NCBI GenBank assembly: GCA_963828165.1
Contig: CAWHDR010000001.1
Span: 992,001 to 1,056,000, forward strand
Source: an uncultured Chloroflexia bacterium
GTDB lineage: Bacteria > Chloroflexota > Limnocylindria > Limnocylindrales > CSP1-4
Direction of reading: 5' to 3'
Length of the DNA: 64,000 bases
A program made the position numbers and the translations under genes. Below the pieces are notes generated by a model. That model was not told the origin of the DNA, did not search any database, and saw nothing but the letters and a program-made list of their open reading frames with translations. Shown here in pieces: positions 8,829 through 18,006 of this stretch (the stretch's first letter is position 1; each line of letters begins with the position of its first letter).

Positions 8829-9658
8829 CCACCGCTCCGCCGATCGCGGCGTTCACGGATGACGACCTCGAGCCGGACGATGCCGCCCTCGTCGCCCGGC
8901 TCGTCCCCGCCACACCGACCCCGTACCACCGTCTCAACCCGCTGACCAAGGCGGTCATCGCCACCGTTGGATCGATCGGGGCGTTCGTCCTTGGTGGCTA
9001 CCTGGGGCCGCTCGCGATCATCGGGGTCATGCTCGTCCTGGCGGCCGTCGCGGGCGGCCTGACGACCCTCGTGCGCGCATCGGTCTTCCTGACGCTGCCG
9101 ATCGGGATCTCGGTGGTGCTCGTCAGCGTGTTCACGCGCGCGGGCACGACCGTGCTCTTCCAGCTGGGCCCGTTCGACGCGACGGTGGAGGGGGTCGACT
9201 TCGCCGCCCAGACCCTCGTTCGGCTGTTCGCGATCTCGCTCTCGATCGGCCTGTTCGTGCTGGCGACCGAGCCCCGGGCATTCGTCTTCGACCTGGAGCG
9301 GCGCGGCATCCCGCCGCGCTTCGCCTTCGTGGCCGTGGCCACGATCGAGGCCATCCCCACGCTCATCGACCGCGCCGCCGTCATCGGCGAGAGCCAGCGG
9401 GCCCGGGGCCTGGATACGGAGGGCGGCTTTCGGGCCCGGATCCGGGGTGTGCTTCCGCTTGTCGGGCCGGTGATCATCGGTTCGCTGACCGATGTCGAGG
9501 AACGCAGCCTGGCGCTCGAGTCCAGGGCGTTCAGCCGACCGGGTCGACGGCATCTGCTGTGGTCCATGCCCGACACCTCCTGGGAACGGGTGCTGCGCTG
9601 GGCGCTGCTGATCGCCCTGGTGGCGTTGATCGTGTCTCGCATCACCGGGCGGATCTGA
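8825..9658 (+). CDS. ECF transporter T component (probable ATA start)
   Basis: The frame is open from ATA8825 through YHRLNPLTK to SQRARG and ALESRAF. The first canonical start (ATG9029) would remove the LNPxTK motif. Confidence 0.85.
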   Translation: MATAPPIAAFTDDDLEPDDAALVARLVPATPTPYHRLNPLTKAVIATVGSIGAFVLGGYLGPLAIIGVMLVLAAVAGGLTTLVRASVFLTLPIGISVVLVSVFTRAGTTVLFQLGPFDATVEGVDFAAQTLVRLFAISLSIGLFVLATEPRAFVFDLERRGIPPRFAFVAVATIEAIPTLIDRAAVIGESQRARGLDTEGGFRARIRGVLPLVGPVIIGSLTDVEERSLALESRAFSRPGRRHLLWSMPDTSWERVLRWALLIALVALIVSRITGRI

Positions 9659-9662
9659 TCGG

Positions 9663-10460
9663 GTGCTGACGCTCGCCGGGATCAGCTATCGGTACGCCGG
9701 GTACGCAAAGCCCGTCCTCCATGACATCGACCTGACGCTGGCCGACGGGGAGATCGTCGGCGTCGTCGGGGCGAACGAAGCCGGCAAATCGACGCTCTGT
9801 CTCGTCGCCTGCGGGCTGGCGCCGGGATCCATCGGCGGCGCGCTGACCGGCGGCGGCCTCTCGATCGATGGCGAGGCGATGGCCGGCAAGCCGCTCCATG
9901 AATTCGCGACCCGGGTCGGGATCGGGTTCCAGAATCCGGCCACCCAGCTGTCCGGTGTCACGGGATCGGTCTTCGAGGAGGTCGCCCTCGGACCGATGAA
10001 TCTGGGGCTTCGCCGACGCGACACCGTCGAGCGGGTGAACGGCGCGCTGGCCACGCTCGGCATCGAGGATCTCGCGGAGCGCGAGCCGCGACGGCTGTCC
10101 GGCGGCCAGGCCCAGCTCGTGGTGCTCGCGTCGCTCCTGGCGATGCGTCCGGCCCACCTGGTGCTCGACGAGCCCACGGCCCAACTGGATCCGGAGGGGA
10201 CGCGGCTGGTCGGCGAGGCCCTGCGCGGGCTTGCCGCAACGGGCACCGCGCTGCTCATCGCGGAGCACAAGACCGATCTGCTCGACACGCTGTGCTCGCG
10301 CGTCGTCGTCCTCGACGACGGCCGCGTCGTCGCCGACGGGCCGACGCGGACGGTCCTCGACGACCGGTCGCTCAAGGACCGCGGGGTCGAACCGCCGGCC
10401 CGTGTTCGTCTTGCCCGCGCCGTCGCCGCCGCCGGCCTCGACCAGCACGTGCTGTCATGA
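9663..10460 (+). CDS. ECF ATPase A component
   Basis: GANEAGKST, FQNP, LSGGQ, VLDEPTAQLD. Confidence 0.9.
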   Translation: MLTLAGISYRYAGYAKPVLHDIDLTLADGEIVGVVGANEAGKSTLCLVACGLAPGSIGGALTGGGLSIDGEAMAGKPLHEFATRVGIGFQNPATQLSGVTGSVFEEVALGPMNLGLRRRDTVERVNGALATLGIEDLAEREPRRLSGGQAQLVVLASLLAMRPAHLVLDEPTAQLDPEGTRLVGEALRGLAATGTALLIAEHKTDLLDTLCSRVVVLDDGRVVADGPTRTVLDDRSLKDRGVEPPARVRLARAVAAAGLDQHVLS

Positions 10461-11266
10461 CCGAGATCCGCCTCGAGGAACTTGGCTTCGTGTACCCGGA
10501 CGGGACGCGCGCACTCACTGAGGTGGATCTGACATTCGCTCCGGGCCAGTCGGCGGCCATCGTCGGCCAGAACGGCAGCGGCAAGTCGACGCTCGCGCGA
10601 CACCTCAACGGCCTCCTCCGCCCCACCGAGGGCCGCGTCCTGCACGACGGCCAGGACATCGCCGGACAGCGAGTCGCCGCGCTCGCCGCGCGCGTCGGCA
10701 TCGTATTCCAGAACCCGGACCGGCAGATCTTCGCGGGCAATGTGCGCGATGAGGTCTCGTTCGGACCGCGGATCCTCGGTCGGAAGGAGGCGGACGCCGT
10801 CGCTGCTGGGACGGCGGCCCTGGAGAACGTCGGCCTCAGCGAATCGGTGGACGCCAATCCATACGACCTGGGCTACTCTCGGCGCAAGCTGCTGGCGATC
10901 GCCTCCGTTCTCGCCATGGACACGCCGGTGGTGGTCCTGGACGAGCCCACCACCGGCCAGGACGCCCGCGGCGTCGAGCGCGTCCAACGGGTGATCGCGA
11001 ACCTCGTCGACGACGGTCGCACGGTGGTCGCGATCAGCCACGACATGCGCTTCGTCGCCGAGTCCTTCGCGCGGGTCGTGGTCATGGGCGGCGGTCGGGT
11101 GCTCCTCGACGGGAGCCCAGCCGAGGTCTTCGCCGAAACGGCCTGGCCGGTCCTTGCTTCGACCTATCTCGAGCCGCCGTACGCGGCCCGCGTCGGGGCG
11201 CGACTCGGTCTGGGCCCGACGCCCACCGAGACCGCGCTCGTCGCGGCACTCGGGCCTCGCGCCTGA
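10457..11266 (+). CDS. ECF ATPase A' component
   Basis: GQNGSGKST, FQNPDRQIF, LDEPTTGQD; ATGA overlap with the previous gene. Confidence 0.9.
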   Translation: MTEIRLEELGFVYPDGTRALTEVDLTFAPGQSAAIVGQNGSGKSTLARHLNGLLRPTEGRVLHDGQDIAGQRVAALAARVGIVFQNPDRQIFAGNVRDEVSFGPRILGRKEADAVAAGTAALENVGLSESVDANPYDLGYSRRKLLAIASVLAMDTPVVVLDEPTTGQDARGVERVQRVIANLVDDGRTVVAISHDMRFVAESFARVVVMGGGRVLLDGSPAEVFAETAWPVLASTYLEPPYAARVGARLGLGPTPTETALVAALGPRA

Positions 11267-11279
11267 GCCGACCCCCGAG

Positions 11280-11681
11280 TCAGCGTCGGCCGACGACGAG
11301 GAGCAGGAACGAGGTCTCGATCACGTCGATCCCGGCGATCACCGCCGCGATGACCAGGGGCAGCGGGTGCCCGAGGGCCCAGCCCGCAGCGGCCGTGAAG
11401 GCGGCCACGGCCAGGAACGCGAGGCGGACCGCCCGGATGAGCCTCGGGACGTCCCGCTCCGAGCCTTCCGCGAGTCGCGCCATGGAACGCGCCAGCAGGA
11501 CGACCCCGAGCGCCACCGAGAAGCCCACGAGCGCGGCCCGCAGCAGCGCCGGGGGCGTGACCAGGGCATCGAGCAGGCCCTCGTTCCAGCCCACGACCGT
11601 GGCGCCCACGATGGCAAGCGCGCCGAGCGCGAGCGCCACGACGGCACCGAGCCGCGGGCGGTCGGCGGTCGCACGGCTCAT
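11280..11681 (-). CDS. Small membrane protein, unknown function
   Basis: About four hydrophobic segments; directly downstream of mec in the same orientation. Confidence 0.6.
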   Translation of the reverse strand: MSRATADRPRLGAVVALALGALAIVGATVVGWNEGLLDALVTPPALLRAALVGFSVALGVVLLARSMARLAEGSERDVPRLIRAVRLAFLAVAAFTAAAGWALGHPLPLVIAAVIAGIDVIETSFLLLVVGRR

Positions 11682-11691
11682 CCGGCGACGC

Positions 11692-12159
11692 TCATCCGGC
11701 GACGATCTCGAGCGCGACCTCGTGCGTGACTCCGTCGACGATCCGCCATGCGCGAACGCTCGGTGTGCCCGTCATCGGGTGCGCCTCCTCGTCGCTGAGC
11801 GACACCAGCAGGTACAGCGCGTCCGGGTACAGCGCCAGCCCGATGTCCGTCGGCGACGGCACCGCCTGGGTATGCGTATGGGAATGGACGATGCCCCAGA
11901 ACACCTCGTCGGCATCGTCGGCCGCGACGGACAGCCGGTACAGGTCGTCGGGATCGATCTCGTAGCGGTACGGCGACTCGGCCGCATTGCGCGTCGCCTC
12001 GAAGCGCAGCGCCCGGCCACCGTCCGCCGCCGGCATGTCGCCCAGGATCAGGCCGCACGACTCGTTCGGGTATGTGCTGCGGGCGTCGTCGATCATCGCC
12101 TGGAGCAAGGCCGCCGGCAATGACGCCGCAGCTGGCCCCGGATGGTGCGCGTTCACCAC
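11692..12159 (-). CDS. mec: JAB/MPN (M67) metallopeptidase, Mec-like
   Basis: PNESCG and the JAMM motif HSHTHTQAVPSPTD; context with cysO and cysM. Confidence 0.88.
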   Translation of the reverse strand: MVNAHHPGPAAASLPAALLQAMIDDARSTYPNESCGLILGDMPAADGGRALRFEATRNAAESPYRYEIDPDDLYRLSVAADDADEVFWGIVHSHTHTQAVPSPTDIGLALYPDALYLLVSLSDEEAHPMTGTPSVRAWRIVDGVTHEVALEIVAG

Positions 12160-13169
12160 CAGTTGACGCCGCCTTCGAGGGCATCCTCCATCTCATCGAA
12201 GTCCGTCGTGAACGTGCCCGCCGACAGGTATTTCCAACCGCCGTCGGGAAGGACCGCGACGATGGTCCCGCCATCCATCGATTCGGCCTCGCGAGCGGCC
12301 GCGACCAGCACGGCACCGCACGAAGGGCCCGCGAAGATGCCCTCCCGGAACACGAGCTCGCGCAGCGCCGCGATCGCGTCCCGGTTCGAGACGAGGTACT
12401 TGGCGTCGATCAGGTCGGGATCGAGGATCTCGGGGATGAAGCCCTCATCGAGCGATCGCAGGCCTTGCACCTTCTCGCCCGGCAGCGGCTCGGCTGCGAC
12501 GATCCGCACGCCCGCCTTGTGCTCGCGCAGGTAGCGCGACACGCCCATCAGCGTCCCGCCGGTCCCAAGGCCCGCCACGAAGACGTCGATCTCCGGACAG
12601 TCGGCCAGGACCTCCGGGCCCGTCGTCTCGTAGTGCGCCAGCGGATTCGCCTCGTTGCCGTACTGGTACGGCATCACGAACCGCTCGTCCTTGCCGACGA
12701 GGTGCTTCGCCAGCGCGATCGCACCGTTGGAGCCCTGCGCGCCGGGCGAGTCGATGACCTCGGCGCCGAAGAGCGCCGCCATCTGGCGCCGCTCATTCGT
12801 GACGTTGTCGGGCATCACGAGCGCGACCCGGTAGCCCTTGCGGCGGCCGATCATCGCGAGCGCGATCCCGGTGTTGCCGGAGGTCGGCTCCAGGATGATC
12901 GAATCCTCGTGGAGCAGGCCGCGCCCTTCGAGGTCCTCGATCAGGTACTTCGCGACGCGGTCCTTGACCGAGCCCGTCGGGTTGAGCATCTCGAGCTTCG
13001 CGAAGATGCGGACGTCCGGGTTCGGGCTCATCCGCGGGATCTCGACCAGGGGCGTGTGGCCGATGGCGTCGAGGATGTCCGCGTACCGCCCGCCGTGGCG
13101 GGCCAGCCCTTCGTGCGCGTGCGTGTGGTCGTGATCGGCGTCGAGCCGCCACGGGATGGCCACGGTCAA
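12153..13169 (-). CDS. cysM: PLP-dependent cysteine synthase (sulfur-carrier-dependent CysM type)
   Basis: AKLEMLNPTGSVKDR, EPTSGNTG, GLGTGGT, DGGWKYLS; ends in WW. Confidence 0.88.
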   Translation of the reverse strand: MTVAIPWRLDADHDHTHAHEGLARHGGRYADILDAIGHTPLVEIPRMSPNPDVRIFAKLEMLNPTGSVKDRVAKYLIEDLEGRGLLHEDSIILEPTSGNTGIALAMIGRRKGYRVALVMPDNVTNERRQMAALFGAEVIDSPGAQGSNGAIALAKHLVGKDERFVMPYQYGNEANPLAHYETTGPEVLADCPEIDVFVAGLGTGGTLMGVSRYLREHKAGVRIVAAEPLPGEKVQGLRSLDEGFIPEILDPDLIDAKYLVSNRDAIAALRELVFREGIFAGPSCGAVLVAAAREAESMDGGTIVAVLPDGGWKYLSAGTFTTDFDEMEDALEGGVNWW

Positions 13170-13438
13170 CCGCCAGCCATCGCCGGCAGCAGACGCACCT
13201 CGTCGGTCGGGGCCACCGGCGTGTCGAGGCCCGCGAGATAGCGCACGTCCTGGCCGTTGACGTAGACGTTGACGAATCGGTTCAGGTCGCCGTCGTCGGT
13301 CAGCAGCTGCGTCTTGAGCGTCGGATGCTGCGCCACGAGCGCGTCCACGACGCCGCGGATCGAGTCACCCGCGATCTCGAGCGACTTGACGCCGCCGACG
13401 TTCGCCCGCAACACGGACGGGATGAAGACCGTGCTCAC
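13166..13438 (-). CDS. cysO: MoaD/ThiS-family ubiquitin-like sulfur carrier (CysO-like)
   Basis: 90 aa, FVNVYVNGQDVR, C-terminal PAMAGG. Confidence 0.88.
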   Translation of the reverse strand: MSTVFIPSVLRANVGGVKSLEIAGDSIRGVVDALVAQHPTLKTQLLTDDGDLNRFVNVYVNGQDVRYLAGLDTPVAPTDEVRLLPAMAGG

Positions 13439-14661
13439 CCGCGTGCCTCGGGCGAGATCGTGCCGGCGAGGCCGGTCGTCGTCATCAGGAACGGGGCGTC
13501 CTCGCCCACTCCGGCTGTCGCCAGCGGGCGACCGGCCTTGCGAGCCTCGACCGCCGCGTCCGAGCAGACCGGGCAGTTCGGATCACGCCGGAGCTGGAGC
13601 TCGGTGAACTCGGTCTCGAGCGCATCGAACAGGACGAGCCGGCCGGCCAGCGTCGTGCCGATCCCCAACAGGACCTTGAGCGCCTCGTTCGTCTGGAGCA
13701 GGCCGAAGATGCCGGGCACGACGCCGAGGACGCCGGCCACGGAGCAGCCGGGCGCGAGCTCGGGCGGTGGCGGGGTCGGGTACAGGCAGCGATAGCACGG
13801 CCCTTCGAACGGCACGAACGTGGTGAGCTGCCCCTCGAACCGGAAGACGCTGGCGTGGATGACCGGGATGCCGGCCGCGACCGCGGCGTCATTGAGGATG
13901 TAGCGGGTCTCGAAGGTGTCGGTGCCGTCGAGGATGACGTCGTAGCCGGCGATGATCCGCTCGACGTTCGAGGCGACGAGCATCTCCTCGTGCTCGATGA
14001 CCTTGACGTCCGGGTTCAGCGCGTTGATCGCGATCCGGGCCGACTCGACCTTGCGGTCGCCGATCCGCTCGGTCGTGTGGACGATCTGTCGCTGCAGGTT
14101 GGAGAGGTCGACGACGTCGAAGTCGACGAGACCGATCGTCCCGACGCCGGCCGCGGCGAGATACAGGGCGGCCGGGGAACCGAGCCCGCCGGCGCCGATG
14201 AGCAGCGCCTTGGACGCGAGCAGCTTCGCCTGGCCGGCCGAACCGACCTCCGGGATCAGCAGGTGGCGGCTGTAGCGCTGCTTCTGCTCCGCGGAGAGGA
14301 CGACCGGGGTCTCGAAATCGAGGCCCGCGCTCTTCCAACCCTGGAACCCGGTCTTCATCGACTTCACGTCGGTGTAGCCCATGCCGGCCAGGGTCTGGGC
14401 CGCGAACAGCGAGCGCACGCCGCCGGCGCAGTACAGGACGACCGGGGCGTCGCGGTCCGGGGCCGCGGCCTCGATCTGCTGCTCGATATAGGACTTGGAG
14501 ATGTGCTGGGCGCCGGGGATGTACCCCTGCTCCCACTCGGACGCCTCGCGGACGTCGACGAGCGTGGCCGCGCCTTCCGGGAGGTCGGCCACCTCCTGGG
14601 GCGTGACTTCAGCGATCTGGGCGCGGGCCTCCCGGAGGAGATCGGCGTAGGACTTCGGCAT
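13435..14661 (-). CDS. moeB: Rhodanese plus MoeB/ThiF adenylyltransferase (MoeZ-like, rhodanese at the N-terminus)
   Basis: LYCAGGVRS rhodanese loop; RYSRH, GAGGLG, SNLQRQ, CYRC and CPVC. Confidence 0.9.
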   Translation of the reverse strand: MPKSYADLLREARAQIAEVTPQEVADLPEGAATLVDVREASEWEQGYIPGAQHISKSYIEQQIEAAAPDRDAPVVLYCAGGVRSLFAAQTLAGMGYTDVKSMKTGFQGWKSAGLDFETPVVLSAEQKQRYSRHLLIPEVGSAGQAKLLASKALLIGAGGLGSPAALYLAAAGVGTIGLVDFDVVDLSNLQRQIVHTTERIGDRKVESARIAINALNPDVKVIEHEEMLVASNVERIIAGYDVILDGTDTFETRYILNDAAVAAGIPVIHASVFRFEGQLTTFVPFEGPCYRCLYPTPPPPELAPGCSVAGVLGVVPGIFGLLQTNEALKVLLGIGTTLAGRLVLFDALETEFTELQLRRDPNCPVCSDAAVEARKAGRPLATAGVGEDAPFLMTTTGLAGTISPEARG

Positions 14662-14824
14662 GGGTGATCGGGGCTCCGATGGGTCGACGGGCTGGCTCGT
14701 TCGTGGCGGCCAGGGCGGGTTGGGCGGTCTGGGGGAGTCGGACGGGGACGGGGGCGGGATTGGCCGGGCGCGGCCGCCGGCGGTCAGGCCGGCTCGCTAC
14801 ACCTGCAGCGGCGCTCGATCCCCT

Positions 14825-15262
14825 TCATGCCTGCGCTCGCTCGGGCGAAGGCGCGTTCGCCGCGTCGCTCGTGTTCGCGGGATCCGCGGCGCCGAGATCG
14901 CCCAGCACGTGCTGCAGGCTCTCGTGGCTCAACATGGCGCACTTGAGGCGGGCCGGGCTGATGTCGATGCCCAGGAGGTCCAGCACGTCGTCCGCGCGGA
15001 TCGACGCGACCTCCTTGAGCGGCTTGCCCTTGATCTCGTCGGTCAGGAGGCTCGCGCTCGCCTGGCTGATCGCGCACCCACGGCCGGTGAATCCGACGCG
15101 GTCCACGATCCCGTCCTTCACGCCGAGCATCAGCGTGATCCGGTCGCCACACAGCGGGTTGGCGCCTTCGTACGAGGCGTCGGCGTCCTCGACGATCCCG
15201 AAGTTGTGGGGCCGCCGGTAGTGCTCGAGGATGTAGTCGCGGTAGAGGTCGTCCATGCTCAT
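14825..15262 (-). CDS. sufU: SUF system NifU-family sulfur-transfer/scaffold protein
   Basis: LYRDYILEHY, NPLCGD, GCAISQAS, ARLKCA. Confidence 0.9.
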   Translation of the reverse strand: MSMDDLYRDYILEHYRRPHNFGIVEDADASYEGANPLCGDRITLMLGVKDGIVDRVGFTGRGCAISQASASLLTDEIKGKPLKEVASIRADDVLDLLGIDISPARLKCAMLSHESLQHVLGDLGAADPANTSDAANAPSPERAQA

Positions 15263-15283
15263 CCGAGTGTAGCGCGAGACGGC

Positions 15284-15308
15284 AATCCCGACCAGCGGGG
15301 TCAGGATT
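15284..15308. promoter_or_regulatory. Candidate Rrf2 operator upstream of sufU
   Basis: AATCCCGAC-cagcggg-GTCAGGATT. Same left arm as the box at 19463-19487 read on the minus strand. Overlaps the -35 position of a TACACT -10 element (15266-15271, minus strand). Confidence 0.7.
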
Positions 15309-15398
15309 GATCTCACGCTCGTTCGGTACTCCTGTCGCGCTGGCGCGGTACCAACCGCTGGCGCCGCGCCAGCCGCCCCCGGGTATCGTCGGAGGTCG

Positions 15399-16664
15399 GT
15401 GGCCAGCATCCTTCTCTCGACACTCGAGATCCGGCTCGAAGGTCAGGCATCCAAGCGTGGGCTCATCCCGCGGATGCCCGACGGTGAGCGCCTGCTCGCG
15501 GACGCGGCCGTATGGCTGCGCGCGGAGTACCCCGACCAGGTTCGGTCGACGCGTCAGCGGACGAATCCGTCCGGCGAGGCGGAGCTGCACGTCGGGCTCC
15601 ACCCGGCGACGCCCGCGCTGTACCTCTCGGCGGGCGACTCCGGCAATGTCCGTGCCATCGCGGAGACGGTTTCCGGCGGGCCTGGCTATCACCGCTTCGT
15701 AGGTCGCGTCCTGGAACGCCTTGGTTTGGAGCTCGCCATCGGCTGGGACGAGACGACCGCCGGCATCGCGTTCGCGGAACGTCCGGACGTCGAACGCGCC
15801 TATCTCGGTTGGCTCGGCCCGACCCTGGCGGCCGTGCGCAACGCGCGCCAACGAAGCAGTGCCGGCGTGCAGGTGGGGACGCCACCTGGCACGCGCTACA
15901 CGTTCGAGGGTGCCATTGCGACGCCCCTGGGTCCACGCGACGACGCCTGGCTCGAGTCCGCCGTCGCCGATCCGCGCGTCGCGATCGAGATCACGCCGTG
16001 GTGGCTGGATGCGACGGACGGGCGCTACCTGCTGAATCGGGCGCTGGCCTTGATGTGGCTCGAGGTGCGCTGGCGCAAGCCGGCGGTCGAGGGAGAGGCT
16101 GAGCGCCTCGAGGATGTGCATCGGCTGTTGTCGAAGTCGTTCCCGCTCGAGCCCGGCCTGCCGTACCCGTGGCACGCGTGGGCAGAGCTCGTGTCGTTCG
16201 GGGGGTTCGAAGACGGGATGACGCGCCAGGTCCATTCGCGTTCCAAGCTCGAACCGCCTGAGGCGCCGATCGGCTATCGCCGGGATCCGGTGTCGATCAG
16301 CCACGAGGGCTGGGCGCTGGAGATCCCGGGCGAATTCGCCGAGCGCCGGACCGAGGAGGAATGGTGGGGCGGCGGCGCCGGACGAAGCGTCACGGTGGCC
16401 GCGACCGACACCGGGTCGATGGCCGCGCAGGCCTTCCTGGCCCAGGTCGCGGGCGATCTCGGCGCCGAGGCACTGACGCACCAGGCCGGGCCTGTCGTCG
16501 GACGGGCCCGGATCAATACCGACGAGTCGTCCGGCGTGGCCGTGGGCGTGCTCGACGGCTACTCGGCGATCAACGGCTCAGGCGCCGCGATCCGCATCGT
16601 CTTCGACGATCCGAACGACTGGCAGTGGGCCATGGACATGTGGCGGTCGCTCGCCCCGGGCTGA
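15399..16664 (+). CDS. Hypothetical protein (421 aa)
   Basis: Long ORF with protein-like composition; GGAGG RBS before GTG; no family recognised. Confidence 0.75.
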   Translation: MASILLSTLEIRLEGQASKRGLIPRMPDGERLLADAAVWLRAEYPDQVRSTRQRTNPSGEAELHVGLHPATPALYLSAGDSGNVRAIAETVSGGPGYHRFVGRVLERLGLELAIGWDETTAGIAFAERPDVERAYLGWLGPTLAAVRNARQRSSAGVQVGTPPGTRYTFEGAIATPLGPRDDAWLESAVADPRVAIEITPWWLDATDGRYLLNRALALMWLEVRWRKPAVEGEAERLEDVHRLLSKSFPLEPGLPYPWHAWAELVSFGGFEDGMTRQVHSRSKLEPPEAPIGYRRDPVSISHEGWALEIPGEFAERRTEEEWWGGGAGRSVTVAATDTGSMAAQAFLAQVAGDLGAEALTHQAGPVVGRARINTDESSGVAVGVLDGYSAINGSGAAIRIVFDDPNDWQWAMDMWRSLAPG

Positions 16665-16710
16665 GCGCGGGCAACATCGCGTCGCCAATGCCCGAGCCGT
16701 AGGGGCCGCC

Positions 16711-17991
16711 TCAGCCGTTGAAGACGCGCTGGACTTCCTTGAGGCCTGCGACGAGGGCGTCGATGTCGGCCGTCGTGGTGTAGACGCTGAACGACGCGCG
16801 GGCCGTCGCCGCCAGATCCAGGCGCTCGTGGAGGGGCATCGTGCAGTGGTGGCCGGCCCGGACCGCAACGCCGGAGCGGTCCAGCACCTGGGCCACGTCG
16901 TGGGGATGGATGCCTGGCAAGTTGAACGGCACGACGCCGCCTCGCAGATCGGGGTCCAGCGGGCCGTACAGCTCGATCCCGGGGATCTCGCGCGGGAGGA
17001 CGTCCAGCGCGTAGGCCACGAGCTCGCGTTCGTGAGCACGAACCCCGTCCATGCCGAGGTCCATCAGGTACCCGGCAGCCACTCCGAGCCCGATCGCGTC
17101 GCCGACGGCCGGGGTCCCTGCCTCGAACTTCCACGGGATCTCGTTGAACTCGCTGCGTCGCAGGTGGACCTCGCGGATCATCTCGCCGCCGGCGAGGAAC
17201 GGCGGCATCGACTCGAGCAGCTCGCGTCGCGCCCAGAGGGCACCCGAACCCATCGGGCCGAGCATCTTGTGGCCGGAGAAGGCGTAGAAGTCGCAGCCGA
17301 TCTCCTGGACGTCGACCGGGACGTGCGGCACGGCCTGAGCCCCGTCCACGAGCACCAGCGCCCCTGCCGCGTGCGCCATCTCGGTCAGCTCGCGGACCGG
17401 GTTGATCGTGCCGAGCGTGTTGCTGACATGCGTGAACGCGACGAGCTTCGGCTTGAGCCGGAGCAGCACCTCGAACACGTCGAGGCGGAGGATGCCGTCG
17501 TCGGTGATCGGGATGAACTCGAGGTCGCCGTCCTGCTCCTGGACGAGCAGTTGCCACGGAACGAGGTTCGCGTGGTGCTCCATCTCGGTCAGGATGATCT
17601 GATCGCCCCGCGCGATATTGCGGCGACCCCACGAGTACGCGACGAGGTTGATCGCCTCGGTGGCGTTACGCGTGAACACGACCTCGTGGCTGTCTGGCGC
17701 GTTGATGAATCGGGCGGTCTTGACCCGGGCCGCCTCGTACGCCGCGGTCGCCTTCTCGCCGATCGTGTAGATCCCGCGGTGGACGTTGGCGTTGTACTCG
17801 CGGTAGTAGTCGGCCACGGAGTCGATCACGACGCGCGGCTTCTGGCTCGTCGACGCCGAGTCGAGGTAGACCAACGGATGGCCGTGGATCACCTGCTCGA
17901 GGATCGGGAAGTCGCCCCGGAGCGCGGCGGGGTCCAAGCGCGATGACGAGGTGGCGGCGGGGAGCTCGGTCGGCGTCGTCTCGACGGCCAT
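16711..17991 (-). CDS. sufS: Cysteine desulfurase, SufS type
   Basis: YLDSASTSQKP, NVHRG, SGHKM, RAGHHC. Confidence 0.95.
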   Translation of the reverse strand: MAVETTPTELPAATSSSRLDPAALRGDFPILEQVIHGHPLVYLDSASTSQKPRVVIDSVADYYREYNANVHRGIYTIGEKATAAYEAARVKTARFINAPDSHEVVFTRNATEAINLVAYSWGRRNIARGDQIILTEMEHHANLVPWQLLVQEQDGDLEFIPITDDGILRLDVFEVLLRLKPKLVAFTHVSNTLGTINPVRELTEMAHAAGALVLVDGAQAVPHVPVDVQEIGCDFYAFSGHKMLGPMGSGALWARRELLESMPPFLAGGEMIREVHLRRSEFNEIPWKFEAGTPAVGDAIGLGVAAGYLMDLGMDGVRAHERELVAYALDVLPREIPGIELYGPLDPDLRGGVVPFNLPGIHPHDVAQVLDRSGVAVRAGHHCTMPLHERLDLAATARASFSVYTTTADIDALVAGLKEVQRVFNG

Positions 17992-18006
17992 CGGCAGCGG
18001 CCCGCC

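Noticed and set aside
11692-14661. Ubiquitin-like (E1/Ubl/JAB) antiphage or protein-tagging system
   Set aside because: No E2 or CD-NTase is present, and the embedded cysteine synthase identifies the known CysO/CysM/Mec sulfur-carrier pathway.
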